This document shows positions 14,004 through 22,357 of a stretch of 22,357 nucleotides of DNA, in pieces. A model generated the notes under the pieces. That model had not been told where the DNA came from. It did no database searches and was given only the letters and a program-made list of their open reading frames with translations. Location of the stretch: assembly GCA_041492755.1 (NCBI GenBank), contig JBGPXN010000067.1, forward strand, positions 1 to 22,357, given 5' to 3'. A program made the position numbers and the translations under genes. Origin of the DNA: Candidatus Methylomirabilia bacterium (GTDB taxonomy: Bacteria > Methylomirabilota > Methylomirabilia > Rokubacteriales > CSP1-6). Each line of letters starts with the position of its first letter. Positions within the stretch are counted from its first letter, which is position 1.

Positions 14004-14724
14004 CGCCGACGTCGCCAAGGAAGATGCGCTTGACCTCGGCGGACTGCAGTAATTCGGCGGAGGTGCCGTCCAGGATCGTGCGGCCGGACTCGAGGATGTA
14101 GCCGCGGTCGGACAGGCGGAGCGCGAGCTCGACGTTCTGCTCGATGAAGACGACGGCGACGCCGTCCTCGTCGCGGATGCGACGGATGATCGCGCCGATT
14201 TCCTGGACCATGCGGGGCGAGAGTCCGAGAAACGGCTCGTCGATCATGAGCAGGCGCGGCCGGGCCATGAGGCCGCGGGCGATCGCCACCATCTGCTGCT
14301 CGCCGCCCGACAGCGTGTGCGCGAGCTGCGTGCGCCGCTCGCGCACCACCGGGAAGATCGTCTCCAGGCGGGCGAGCGTGGCGTCGCGGTGCGGACGCGC
14401 GCGGGAATTGTGGGCGCCCAGCAGCACGTTGTCGAGCACGCTCAGGAAGGGGAAGAGCCGTCGCCGCTCGAGCACGTGGGCGATGCCTTCGCCCACGGTT
14501 TGGTGGGCGGGCAGGCCGTCGATGCGCTTGTCGAGGAACGTGATGTGACCGGCGCGCGGCGTGATCAGTCCCGAGATCGTGTTCATCAGCGTCGATTTGC
14601 CGGCGCCGTTGGGACCGAGCACGGCCACGATCTCGCCCGCCGCCACCCGCAGCTCCGCCTGCCACAGCACCTGAAAATCGCCGTAGGCCACGTCGAGCGG
14701 CCCGACGGCGAGCAGGTCGCTCAT
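13999..14724 (-). CDS. Branched-chain amino acid-type ABC transporter ATP-binding subunit (LivF-like)
   Basis: GPNGAGKST, LSGGEQQM, LLMIDEP and EQN. ATG 14724 overlaps the upstream stop (ATGA). Confidence 0.95.
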   Translation of the reverse strand: MSDLLAVGPLDVAYGDFQVLWQAELRVAAGEIVAVLGPNGAGKSTLMNTISGLITPRAGHITFLDKRIDGLPAHQTVGEGIAHVLERRRLFPFLSVLDNVLLGAHNSRARPHRDATLARLETIFPVVRERRTQLAHTLSGGEQQMVAIARGLMARPRLLMIDEPFLGLSPRMVQEIGAIIRRIRDEDGVAVVFIEQNVELALRLSDRGYILESGRTILDGTSAELLQSAEVKRIFLGDVGV

Positions 14725-15443
14725 TGCGTGTAGGCCTGGCCGAGGTAGGCCTCGACGACGCGACGGTCGTGCGTCACCACGTCGGGGGTGCCGTCGGCGA
14801 TGACCTCGCCCAGGTACAGCGCGACGATCCGCGGCGCCATGGCCGTGATGACCCGCATGTTGTGCTCGATGACGAGCAGGGTGAGGCCGCCGGCGTGCAG
14901 GTCGCGAACGAGCTGCACGAGGCCGGGGATCGTCCGCTGGTCGACGCCGGCGGTGACCTCGTCGAGCAACAGCACCCGCGGCTGGGTGGCGAGCGCGCGC
15001 GCCAGCTCGAGCCGCTTGCGCTGGCCGGTGGACAGCGTGCGTCCGTGCGCCTCGATCTTCTCCCCGAGCCCGACGCGGGCCAGGATCTCGCGCGCCTGCT
15101 CGCGCGCGTGCCGCACGTCCTTGGTCCGGGTGAGGGCGCCGACCATGACGTTGTCGAGCGCGGTCATGCCCGGGAAGGGGCGCAGCTTCTGGAAGGTGCG
15201 GGCGACCCCGCGCCGACACACGACGTCGGGCGACAGTCCGGTGAGCCGCGCGCCGTCGAGCCGGACTTCGCCTTCGTCGGGAGGGTAGAAGCCGCTGATG
15301 ATCTCGAACAGGGTCGACTTGCCGGCGCCGTTCGGTCCGATGATGCCGACGAGCTCGCCCGGCTGGACCTCGAACGAGATGCCCTTGTTCGCGGTGATGC
15401 CGCCGAACCGCTTGGTGACGCCGGTGACGGACAGCAGACTCAC
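14721..15443 (-). CDS. Branched-chain amino acid-type ABC transporter ATP-binding subunit (LivG-like)
   Basis: KRFGG, GPNGAGKST, ARTFQ, LLLDE, IEHNM and VVEAYLG. GTGA overlap at the start. Confidence 0.95.
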   Translation of the reverse strand: MSLLSVTGVTKRFGGITANKGISFEVQPGELVGIIGPNGAGKSTLFEIISGFYPPDEGEVRLDGARLTGLSPDVVCRRGVARTFQKLRPFPGMTALDNVMVGALTRTKDVRHAREQAREILARVGLGEKIEAHGRTLSTGQRKRLELARALATQPRVLLLDEVTAGVDQRTIPGLVQLVRDLHAGGLTLLVIEHNMRVITAMAPRIVALYLGEVIADGTPDVVTHDRRVVEAYLGQAYTQ

Positions 15444-16414
15444 GGCGTCGCCCGCGCGGCGGTGCGGTGGCGCCGTCGATCGCCGATCCAGCCCACGAGC
15501 CCCTGGGGCGCGAACCGCACCATCACGATGAGCGCGCAGCCGTAGAGGATGAGGTAGATGCCGACGAGCCCGGCGCCGATGCCGCCGAACCGCGCCCGCA
15601 GGTACGTCTCGACCGTCGTGACCAGCACCGAGCCGAGGAACGGTCCGAGGGCCGTGCCGAGGCCCCCGAGGATCGCGGCCAGCGAGAAGCGGACGGAGAG
15701 GTCGACGGAGAACACGTAGACGGGGTCGACGAACCCGACGTACTGCGCCCACAGCGCGCCGCAGGCGGCGGTGAGCGCCGCGCTCACCGCGATGGCCGCG
15801 ACCTTGAGCCGTCGCGCCGGCACGCCCAGGGAGAGCGCCGCGTCTTCGTCTTCACGCACCGCGGCGAGCTGGTAGCCGCGGCGCGACCGCTCGAGATAGA
15901 GCTGGACGAGATAGACGAGGACCGCGAGCGTCAGCACGATCCACACCCACACCCGCTTGTCCGCGATGCCGAGCGTCCAGAACCCGGGACGGAACGGGAC
16001 CGGAATGCCTTCGGAGCCGGCGGTGAAGCCGCGCCAGCGACTCGCCCCGATCAGCAGCACCTGCGAGAAGGCGATGGTGGCGAGGACGAAGTAGGGGCCG
16101 CGCAGCCGGTTCGAGAGGTAGCCGATGATGAAGCCGGTGGCCGTGGCGACGAGCGCGCCGATCAGGAGGCCGATCCACGGCGAGAGCTGCCAGCGCGTGC
16201 CGCACAGCGCCGCCGCGTACGCGCCGAGACCGAAGAACGCGGAGTGGCCGAGCGACACCTGGCCGGCGTAACCGCCGGCGATGTTCCACGCCGCGCCCGC
16301 GGCGCCCCACATCAGTATCAGAATCAGCCCGTCGAGCAGGAAGGCGTCGCGGACGACCAGCGGCGCGAGTCCGGCCACGGCGAAGAAGACGAGCGCCGGC
16401 GCGATCGCCCTCAC
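15440..16414 (-). CDS. Branched-chain amino acid-type ABC permease (LivM-like)
   Basis: WNIAGGYAGQVSLGHSAFFGLGAY, LRGPYFVLATIAF, AVREDEDAA and GGLGT. GTGA overlap at the start. Confidence 0.95.
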   Translation of the reverse strand: MRAIAPALVFFAVAGLAPLVVRDAFLLDGLILILMWGAAGAAWNIAGGYAGQVSLGHSAFFGLGAYAAALCGTRWQLSPWIGLLIGALVATATGFIIGYLSNRLRGPYFVLATIAFSQVLLIGASRWRGFTAGSEGIPVPFRPGFWTLGIADKRVWVWIVLTLAVLVYLVQLYLERSRRGYQLAAVREDEDAALSLGVPARRLKVAAIAVSAALTAACGALWAQYVGFVDPVYVFSVDLSVRFSLAAILGGLGTALGPFLGSVLVTTVETYLRARFGGIGAGLVGIYLILYGCALIVMVRFAPQGLVGWIGDRRRHRTAARATP

Positions 16415-17292
16415 GTGCCGAGCAGTTCGGCGCCGCGCTGACCGAAGAGCCCGGCGGGTCGCACGACGAGGATCGCGATGAAGAGCAGGAGGTAGAGGAC
16501 TTCCTTCCACGCGGTGCCGATCACGTAGGAGCCGATCACTTCGACGGCGGCCACGACGAGACTCGCAATCAGCGCGCCGGCCATGTCGCCGAGCCCCCCG
16601 AGCACGACGGTGACGTAGGCGATCAGGACGAACTGCAGGCCGGCGGTGGGATACACGGGATAGACGGGCGCCAGCAGCACGCCGGCGACGCCGACGCAGG
16701 TGATGCCGACGGCCCAGGTGGTCGCGTAGACACGGTCGGTGTCGATGCCCATCAGGGCGGAGGCCTGGCGGTCCTGCGCCGTCGCGCGCATGACCTTTCC
16801 GGTGTACGACCAGCGCATGAACGCGAAGAGCGCTGCCGTGAAGACCACGGCAATCGCGAAGGCGACGAGCTGCGCGATGTTGAACGCGGCGCCCCCGAAT
16901 CTCAAGACGATCGCGTAGTAGTCGGTGCGCACGAACCGGACGTCGGCGGTCCAGAGCACGAGCGCCACGTTCTGGAGCGCGATCGAGAGCCCGACGGTGG
17001 TGAACACCTGCACGTTGTGCGACGCGTGGATGATCGGCCGCATCACCACCCGGTAGCTGACCCAGCCCACGACGAAGAAGAGCGGGAGCGAAACCACCAG
17101 CGTCAGGTACGGATCGAAATGGAGTAGGGAGAACGCCCAGAAGGCGAGGTACATGGCGAGCATGAGGAATTCGCCGTGCGCGAAGTTGACGACGCGCATC
17201 ACGCCGAAGATGAGGGTGAGCCCCACCGCGATGAGCGCGTACATGCCGCCGAGCAGGATCGTGGAGACCGCGAGCTGCGGAAGGTCGCTCAC
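16411..17292 (-). CDS. Branched-chain amino acid-type ABC permease (LivH-like)
   Basis: YALIAVGLTLIFGVMRVVNFAHGE, GKVMRATAQD, VVLGGLG and RPAGLFG. Start GTG 17292. Confidence 0.95.
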   Translation of the reverse strand: MSDLPQLAVSTILLGGMYALIAVGLTLIFGVMRVVNFAHGEFLMLAMYLAFWAFSLLHFDPYLTLVVSLPLFFVVGWVSYRVVMRPIIHASHNVQVFTTVGLSIALQNVALVLWTADVRFVRTDYYAIVLRFGGAAFNIAQLVAFAIAVVFTAALFAFMRWSYTGKVMRATAQDRQASALMGIDTDRVYATTWAVGITCVGVAGVLLAPVYPVYPTAGLQFVLIAYVTVVLGGLGDMAGALIASLVVAAVEVIGSYVIGTAWKEVLYLLLFIAILVVRPAGLFGQRGAELLGT

Positions 17293-17305
17293 GCGTGTCG
17301 GACTA

Positions 17306-17473
17306 TCGAGGAAGGCCGGGCGGTGTCGAGCCGCGCCCCGGAGGGGTACGGGGGGGCCATGTCGGGGCCCCGGGTACGCGGAACGGAATTCGAGGCGGGC
17401 CACGGCTTCGCCGGGGCGCGTCCGAGCGTAGGGGGGGAATGGGGGGCCATGTCGGGGCCCCCCATCTCTACGC
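17306..17473. repeat. Tandem pair of palindromic REP-like elements between the substrate-binding and permease genes
   Basis: Exact 21-nt direct repeat GGGGGGCCATGTCGGGGCCCC at 17351-17371 and 17441-17461. Stem ATGGGGGGCC/GGCCCCCCAT at 17439-17465. Segment 17390-17433 recurs at 22213-22256. Confidence 0.85.
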
Positions 17474-17476
17474 CCG

Positions 17477-18751
17477 CTACTTCCGCTGGTCCCAGGCGCC
17501 GAGCGGGATCCACTTGGTGCGGTTGGTCGTGAACTCTTCGGGCCAGACGGTGACGAGCTGGCCTCCCTGCCACTGCAATATATAGTGCTGCACACGCGCG
17601 TTCGAGTTCTGGCCGGTCTCGTCGAACTTCACGCCCCAGCCGTTGACCGCGGAGCCGACCGGCAGGTCCAGCCCCATGACGGCGGCGCGGAACTTGTCGA
17701 GGTCGTCGGTCTTGGCGGCGTCGAGCGCGAGCTTCAGGACCCAGAGGCCGCCGCCCGCAAGCTGATGCCCGCCCGCCAGCACGTCCGAGCCGGTCTTCGC
17801 CTTCACGGCTTCTCGGAACGCCCGCTCGATCCGCTGGCCGTCGGGCCGGAACTTCTCGATGATCAGGCCCGGGCCGGGCTCGAGCAGCGCGAACGGGCCG
17901 TTGGCGTCGTTGCCGAACGCCTTGCCGAAGCCCGGATTGCCGTACCCCGTCGCGCCGGCGTGCACGACCGCCTTGACCTGGAAGTTCTGCTCGCGCGCCT
18001 GGCGCCAGAAGAGGATGGCGTCCTGGTCGCGCGCGATGTGGTGCAGGATGTCCGGGTTTGCGTTCTTCAGCTTGAGGATGACCGGCGTGAGGTCGTTGGT
18101 GCTGAACGTGTAGAACTCGGCGGCCACCTCCTGCATGCCGAATTCCTGCTTGGCGCGCTGGCGGGCGGACTCGGTCACGCTCTGGCCGTACGACGAGTCC
18201 TCGGAGAGGTACGCGATGCGCAGCTCGTTGGGCTTCTTGCCGAGGCGGTGCGCCAGGTGCTTGGCGATGAACTCGACGTTGTACCAGCCGAACCCGGTGC
18301 CGTCGATCTCGGTGCGGAACACGTTCTTGAGATTCCGCCGGGTGAACCGCGGGTCGACGCAGGAGGTCTCCCAGTAGATGACGTTCTGCCGGGACGCCGC
18401 TTCGCTGGCCGCGCCGCAGAGGGTGGAGGAGAACGTGCCCGTGATGATCTTCACGCCTTCACGGGTGGCCAGCCGCGTGGCTTCGGAGGCGGCGGCGGTG
18501 GGATCGACGGCGTCCCCGCTGACGAGGACCAGCTTCTTGCCCATCACGCCGCCGAAGCGGCTGTTGATGAGGTCGCGCATGATCTCGTAACCCTCGAGGT
18601 GCAGCTTGCCCTGGACGGCGAGATTGCCGGTGAGGGGCTCGAGCACCCCGATCTTGTATTCACCGCTGAGGGACTGTCCCTCGACGGCGCTGATGCCGAA
18701 CGCCAGCGCCCCGAGCGCGAGCACCGCAAGCGCAGCCTTCACGTAACTCAT
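17477..18751 (-). CDS. ABC transporter substrate-binding protein (LivK/LivJ-like, type I periplasmic binding fold)
   Basis: SD-like GGGAGAGG and ATG 18751. Signal peptide, KIGVLEPLTG, GGVMGKKL, EDSSYG and DLTPVILKLK. Confidence 0.93.
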   Translation of the reverse strand: MSYVKAALAVLALGALAFGISAVEGQSLSGEYKIGVLEPLTGNLAVQGKLHLEGYEIMRDLINSRFGGVMGKKLVLVSGDAVDPTAAASEATRLATREGVKIITGTFSSTLCGAASEAASRQNVIYWETSCVDPRFTRRNLKNVFRTEIDGTGFGWYNVEFIAKHLAHRLGKKPNELRIAYLSEDSSYGQSVTESARQRAKQEFGMQEVAAEFYTFSTNDLTPVILKLKNANPDILHHIARDQDAILFWRQAREQNFQVKAVVHAGATGYGNPGFGKAFGNDANGPFALLEPGPGLIIEKFRPDGQRIERAFREAVKAKTGSDVLAGGHQLAGGGLWVLKLALDAAKTDDLDKFRAAVMGLDLPVGSAVNGWGVKFDETGQNSNARVQHYILQWQGGQLVTVWPEEFTTNRTKWIPLGAWDQRK

Positions 18752-18836
18752 AGCCTCTCCCTTCGTCAGTTCGATCTCCGCGATGTGTCGGCCACGCCAT
18801 CGGCCCTCGTCTCGCCGCCGGGCAAGAAGTGCTCGG

Positions 18837-18865
18837 ATTCTAGGGGTGGCATTGTCGAGAATCAA
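18837..18865 (-). promoter_or_regulatory. Sigma70-type promoter of the ABC operon
   Basis: Minus strand TTGATT (18865-18860), a 17 nt spacer, then TAGAAT (18842-18837). Confidence 0.65.
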
Positions 18866-19073
18866 GCACACCCCACGAGCACGCTATCATTGGTCACCGA
18901 TGCCCGCTGCCCGACGAGGCGCGCGCCAGCCTCGGGGAAGCGGTGGCCGCGGTATCGGCGGCGCCAACGCGGGCGGTGAGGACTGGCGCAGCCGGCGCGA
19001 CGGTCTCAGGCCGTGAAATGGGTCGGGGAATTCGTGGAGAAACGTGGTACTCACATCGGACGGAGGCCCAGGG

Positions 19074-19898
19074 ATGGACGGGACGATCACGTGGAAGAAC
19101 GGCGCGCGGTGCTGCGTCATGCTGTCGTTCGACGTGGACGGCGAGACGCTGTGGATGGCGCGCGATCCCGCGCTCGAGCACCGGCCGCTGCACATGTCGA
19201 TGGGCGCCTACGGCCCCAAGACGGCCATGCCCCGGATCATGAAGTTTCTGGATGAGTACGGCCTCAAGATCGGCTTCTTCATCCCGGGCTGGATCATCGA
19301 GCGCTACCCCGAGATGTGCGAGGACGTGCTGAAGCGGGGCCACGAGATCGGCCATCACGGGTACCTGCACGAGAAGCCCTTCTTCCTGTCCGGGCGGGAG
19401 GAAGAGGAAGCGCTGATGGTCAAGGCGCTGGAGGTGATGAAGCGGGTGCTCGGCGTCGAGCCGAAGGGCTCGCGGACTCCGTCCTGCGACCCGAGCACGC
19501 ACACGATGGACCTGCTGCGAAAGCATGGCATGATCTATCACTCGAACCTGATGGATCAGGATCTGCCGTACCGTCACAAGACGGCCCACGGGGAGCTGAT
19601 CGAGCTGCCGACGACCTGGGTCAATGACGACTGGATCTATTTTGGATTCAGCGGCAACCCGGCCGTCGGCAACGGCGTGTGGAGCCAGGAGGACGTGTAC
19701 GAGATCTGGCGCGAGGAGTTCGAGGGCGCCTGGGACGAGGGCGGCTTCTTCAACCTGATGTTCCATCCTCAAGTGATGGGCCGCCCGTCGCGCATGCGGA
19801 TGCTCGAGCGGCTGGTCCAGCACATCCTCGGCAAGAAGAACGTGTGGATTGCCCGCCCCGGCGAGATCGCCGAGTGGTGGATGCAGCAAGGCTATTGA
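19074..19898 (+). CDS. Cytoplasmic CE4 polysaccharide-deacetylase-family hydrolase (PuuE/H. pylori PgdA-like)
   Basis: SD GGAGG and ATG 19074. Motifs SFDVD, YG, FFIPG, HEIGHHGYLHE, GSRTPS, LIELP and FHPQVMGRPSR. No signal peptide. Confidence 0.92.
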   Translation: MDGTITWKNGARCCVMLSFDVDGETLWMARDPALEHRPLHMSMGAYGPKTAMPRIMKFLDEYGLKIGFFIPGWIIERYPEMCEDVLKRGHEIGHHGYLHEKPFFLSGREEEEALMVKALEVMKRVLGVEPKGSRTPSCDPSTHTMDLLRKHGMIYHSNLMDQDLPYRHKTAHGELIELPTTWVNDDWIYFGFSGNPAVGNGVWSQEDVYEIWREEFEGAWDEGGFFNLMFHPQVMGRPSRMRMLERLVQHILGKKNVWIARPGEIAEWWMQQGY

Positions 19899-19916
19899 GC
19901 ACGGAGGCGGACGACG

Positions 19917-22190
19917 ATGGTGACGATCGAATCGACTCCCGAGATGGCGGCGAAGATGTACGAGACGATGGAGCGCACCCTCGCGATCGTCCGCCGCCGG
20001 CTCGGCCGGGCGCTGACCCTCGCCGACAAGGTGTTGCTGGGCCACCTCGATGACCCGGAGCACCAGGAGATGGAGCCGGGACGGAGCTACCTGTTCCTGC
20101 GCCCCGACCGCGTCGTGCTCCAGGACGTGCTCGGCCAGACTGCCATGCTGCAGTTCATGCAGACGCGCCGCGACCACGTCGCCGTGCCGACCACGATCCA
20201 CTGCGACCATCTCATCCAGGCGCGCGTCGAGGGCGAGGCCGACCTGCGCGACTCGCTCGCGGAGAACACCGAAGTCTACGACTTCCTGCGCTCGGCGGCG
20301 GCCAAGTACGGCGCCGGCTTCTGGGGCCCGGGCGCCGGCATCATCCACCAGGTCGTGCTCGAGAACTACGCGTTCCCGGGCCACCTGATCATCGGCACCG
20401 ACTCGCACACGCCCAACGGCGGCGGGCTCGGCGCGTGCGCGGTCGGGGTGGGCGGGGCCGAGGCGGTCGAGGTCATGGCGGGGCTGCCGTGGGAGGTGCT
20501 CTATCCCAAGCACATCGCCGTGTACCTGACGGGCAAGCTGAGCGGATGGACGGCGCCGAAGGACGTGATTCTCTACGTCGCCGGTCAGCTCACCGTGGCC
20601 GGCGGCACCAACGCCATCGTCGAGTACATCGGCCCGGGCGCGCGCACGATCAGCGCCACCGGCAAGGCGACCATCACCAACATGGGCGCCGAGCTCGGGG
20701 CGACGACGTCGATATTCCCGGCCGACGAGAAGATGGCGACGTACCTGAAGGCCACGGGCCGTGGCGATCTCGTGCCGCTGGCGCTCAAGTACCAGCATCT
20801 GCTCGCGCCCGACACCGAGGTCGAGGCCAATCCCGACAAGTTCTACGACCGCGTGGTCGAGCTCGACCTGTCGAAGCTCGAGCCGTACGTGGTCGGCCCG
20901 CACTCGCCCGATCGCGCGCGCCCCATCTCCAGGCTCGCCGCCGAGGTCGCCGACCCGAAGAACGCGTTCAAGGACACCATCTCCGCGGCCCTGATCGGCA
21001 GCTGCACGAACTCGTCCTACGAGGACATGAGCCGTGCCGCCGACGTGGCCGAGCAGGCGAAGGCGCACGGGGTGAAGCCGGCGATGCCGATGATGGTCAC
21101 GCCGGGCTCGGAGCAGGTGCGCGCCACCATCGAGCGCGATGGTCAGATGAAGTCGCTGAAGGACATCGACGCCATCGTCCTGGCCAACGCTTGCGGTCCC
21201 TGCATCGGGCAGTGGAAGCGGACCAAGGAAGTCGGCGTCGCCAACAGCATCGTCACCTCCTACAACCGCAACTTCCCGGCGCGCAACGACGGCCAGGCGA
21301 CGACGATGAACTTCATCGGCAGCCCGGAGATCGTGACCGCGCTCGCCGTGGCCGGGCGCCTGTCGTTCAACCCGCTCACCGACAGCCTCATGGGCGCCGA
21401 CGGCAAGCCGTTCCGGTTCATCCCACCCAGGTCGGCGCCCGAGGTGCCGGCGCGGAACTTCGACCGCGGCCGCAACTCCTATGTGGCGCCGCCGCCGGAC
21501 GGCCACGCCCTCACGCTCCAGGTGAACCCGCAGAGCGAGCGCTTGCAGCTCATGCAGCCGTGGCCGGCGTGGGACGGTCAGGACTTCCTCGACATGCCGG
21601 TGCTGATGAAGACGAAGGGCAAGACCACCACCGACCACATCTCCCCGGCCGGTCCCTGGCTCCGTTTCCGCGGTCACCTCGGGAAGTTCAGCGACAACAC
21701 CTGGATGGGCGCGATCAACGCGTACACCGGCGAGGCCGGCAAGGGCCGTAACGTGGTGACCAACGAGACGTCGCAGCCGATCGCGGCCATCGCCCGGGAC
21801 TACCAGGCCAAGGGGGTGAAGTGGGTGGTCGTCGGCGACGCCAACTACGGCGAGGGCAGCAGCCGCGAGCACGCGGCCCTGTGCCCGCGCCTGCTCGGCG
21901 GCACCGCCATCATCGCCCGCAGCTTCGCGCGCATCCACGAGTCGAACCTCAAGAAGCAGGGGCTGCTCGCGCTCACGTTCCGGGATCCGGCCGACTACGA
22001 CCGCATCCAGGAGACCGATCGCGTCAGCCTCGTCGGCCTGGCCGACATGGCGGCGGGCAAGCCGGTGGACTGCGTCGTCAAGCACGCGGGTGGGACCACC
22101 GACACGCTCGAGCTCGCGCACTCGTTCGGCGCGTCGCAGCTCGAGTGGTTCCGGAAGGGCTCGGCGCTGAACCTCTTCCACGGCAAGTAG
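19917..22190 (+). CDS. Aconitate hydratase, mitochondrial-like type
   Basis: HCDHLI, GIIHQ, GTDSHT, NMGAE, GSCTNSSYED, ACGPCIGQW (three Fe-S Cys in total), SYNRNF, TTDHIS, NYGEGSSREHAA and SFARIHE. 757 aa, with SD GGAGG. Confidence 0.95.
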   Translation: MVTIESTPEMAAKMYETMERTLAIVRRRLGRALTLADKVLLGHLDDPEHQEMEPGRSYLFLRPDRVVLQDVLGQTAMLQFMQTRRDHVAVPTTIHCDHLIQARVEGEADLRDSLAENTEVYDFLRSAAAKYGAGFWGPGAGIIHQVVLENYAFPGHLIIGTDSHTPNGGGLGACAVGVGGAEAVEVMAGLPWEVLYPKHIAVYLTGKLSGWTAPKDVILYVAGQLTVAGGTNAIVEYIGPGARTISATGKATITNMGAELGATTSIFPADEKMATYLKATGRGDLVPLALKYQHLLAPDTEVEANPDKFYDRVVELDLSKLEPYVVGPHSPDRARPISRLAAEVADPKNAFKDTISAALIGSCTNSSYEDMSRAADVAEQAKAHGVKPAMPMMVTPGSEQVRATIERDGQMKSLKDIDAIVLANACGPCIGQWKRTKEVGVANSIVTSYNRNFPARNDGQATTMNFIGSPEIVTALAVAGRLSFNPLTDSLMGADGKPFRFIPPRSAPEVPARNFDRGRNSYVAPPPDGHALTLQVNPQSERLQLMQPWPAWDGQDFLDMPVLMKTKGKTTTDHISPAGPWLRFRGHLGKFSDNTWMGAINAYTGEAGKGRNVVTNETSQPIAAIARDYQAKGVKWVVVGDANYGEGSSREHAALCPRLLGGTAIIARSFARIHESNLKKQGLLALTFRDPADYDRIQETDRVSLVGLADMAAGKPVDCVVKHAGGTTDTLELAHSFGASQLEWFRKGSALNLFHGK

Positions 22191-22212
22191 CGTCCGGCCC
22201 TGAGAGCTTGAA

Positions 22213-22256
22213 TCGAGGAGCGCCACGGGTTCCCCGGGGCGCTGCCGAGCGTGGGG
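22213..22256. repeat. Second copy of the REP-like element, between convergent genes
   Basis: 37/44 nt identical to 17390-17433 without gaps (manual alignment). Hairpin with a TTC loop. Confidence 0.85.
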
Positions 22257-22294
22257 ACCTCCTATGGGCTCGTCAAGCATTTTTCGGAGCCCGC

Positions 22295-22357
22295 TCACGC
22301 CGTCTGCCGCAGATGCTGCCGGGCCATGGTCGCCAGATGGTAGGTCTCGTCGTAGGC
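22295..22357 (-). CDS. C-terminal end of an unidentified gene entering from the right edge
   Basis: Minus frame reads AYDETYHLATMARQHLRQTA-stop, with G/C-ending codons as in the other genes. Confidence 0.6.
   Translation of the reverse strand, partial: AYDETYHLATMARQHLRQTA

Noticed and set aside
13982..14665. N-terminal extension making the LLM protein 543 aa
   Set aside because: It overlaps the livF-like gene in another frame, and the LLM fold begins at ATG 13981. The same applies to the over-long track ORFs for the liv genes and the 7933-9216 deacetylase.
17351..17461. Possible mini CRISPR array
   Set aside because: Only two 21-nt repeats with a 69-nt spacer that is itself a dispersed repeat, and no cas genes.
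17289..17573. 94-aa ORF containing GPDMAP twice
   Set aside because: The peptide repeat is a translation of the palindromic DNA repeat, and the ORF overlaps the binding-protein gene.
18894..22298. 1134-aa minus-strand ORF
   Set aside because: Antisense shadow of the CE4 and aconitase genes. Its N-terminus is just the translated repeat at 22213-22256.

Overview
High-GC bacterial chromosomal window with about 22 genes, mostly housekeeping or accessory metabolism. Gene content and style are suggestive of Ca. Rokubacteria/Methylomirabilota, but that is inference. In order, it holds: the end of a nitrate/cyanate-type ABC ATPase, cyanase cynS and a stand-alone Fis/NtrC-type HTH gene; a 5' fragment of a meaB-like GTPase; an orphan GAF-fused PilB/GspE ATPase; two hypothetical genes and an NDUFA9-like SDR; a cell-envelope glycan cluster (serine hydrolase-NamZ fusion, CE4 deacetylase, DUF4015 glycoside hydrolase); an alpha/beta hydrolase, a GNAT and a methyltransferase; a liv-type ABC operon followed by an LLM oxidoreductase; and a divergent CE4 hydrolase plus mitochondrial-type aconitase. 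I see no rRNA, tRNA, CRISPR array or transposase. The best non-obvious signals are (i) a dispersed two-hairpin REP-like element, with compensatory base changes between two copies, (ii) two TAGAAT-N7-ATG micro-ORFs abutting downstream genes, within a general pattern of leaderless or short-leader promoters, and (iii) the orphan GAF-PilB. No clearly new system can be proven from the sequence alone.
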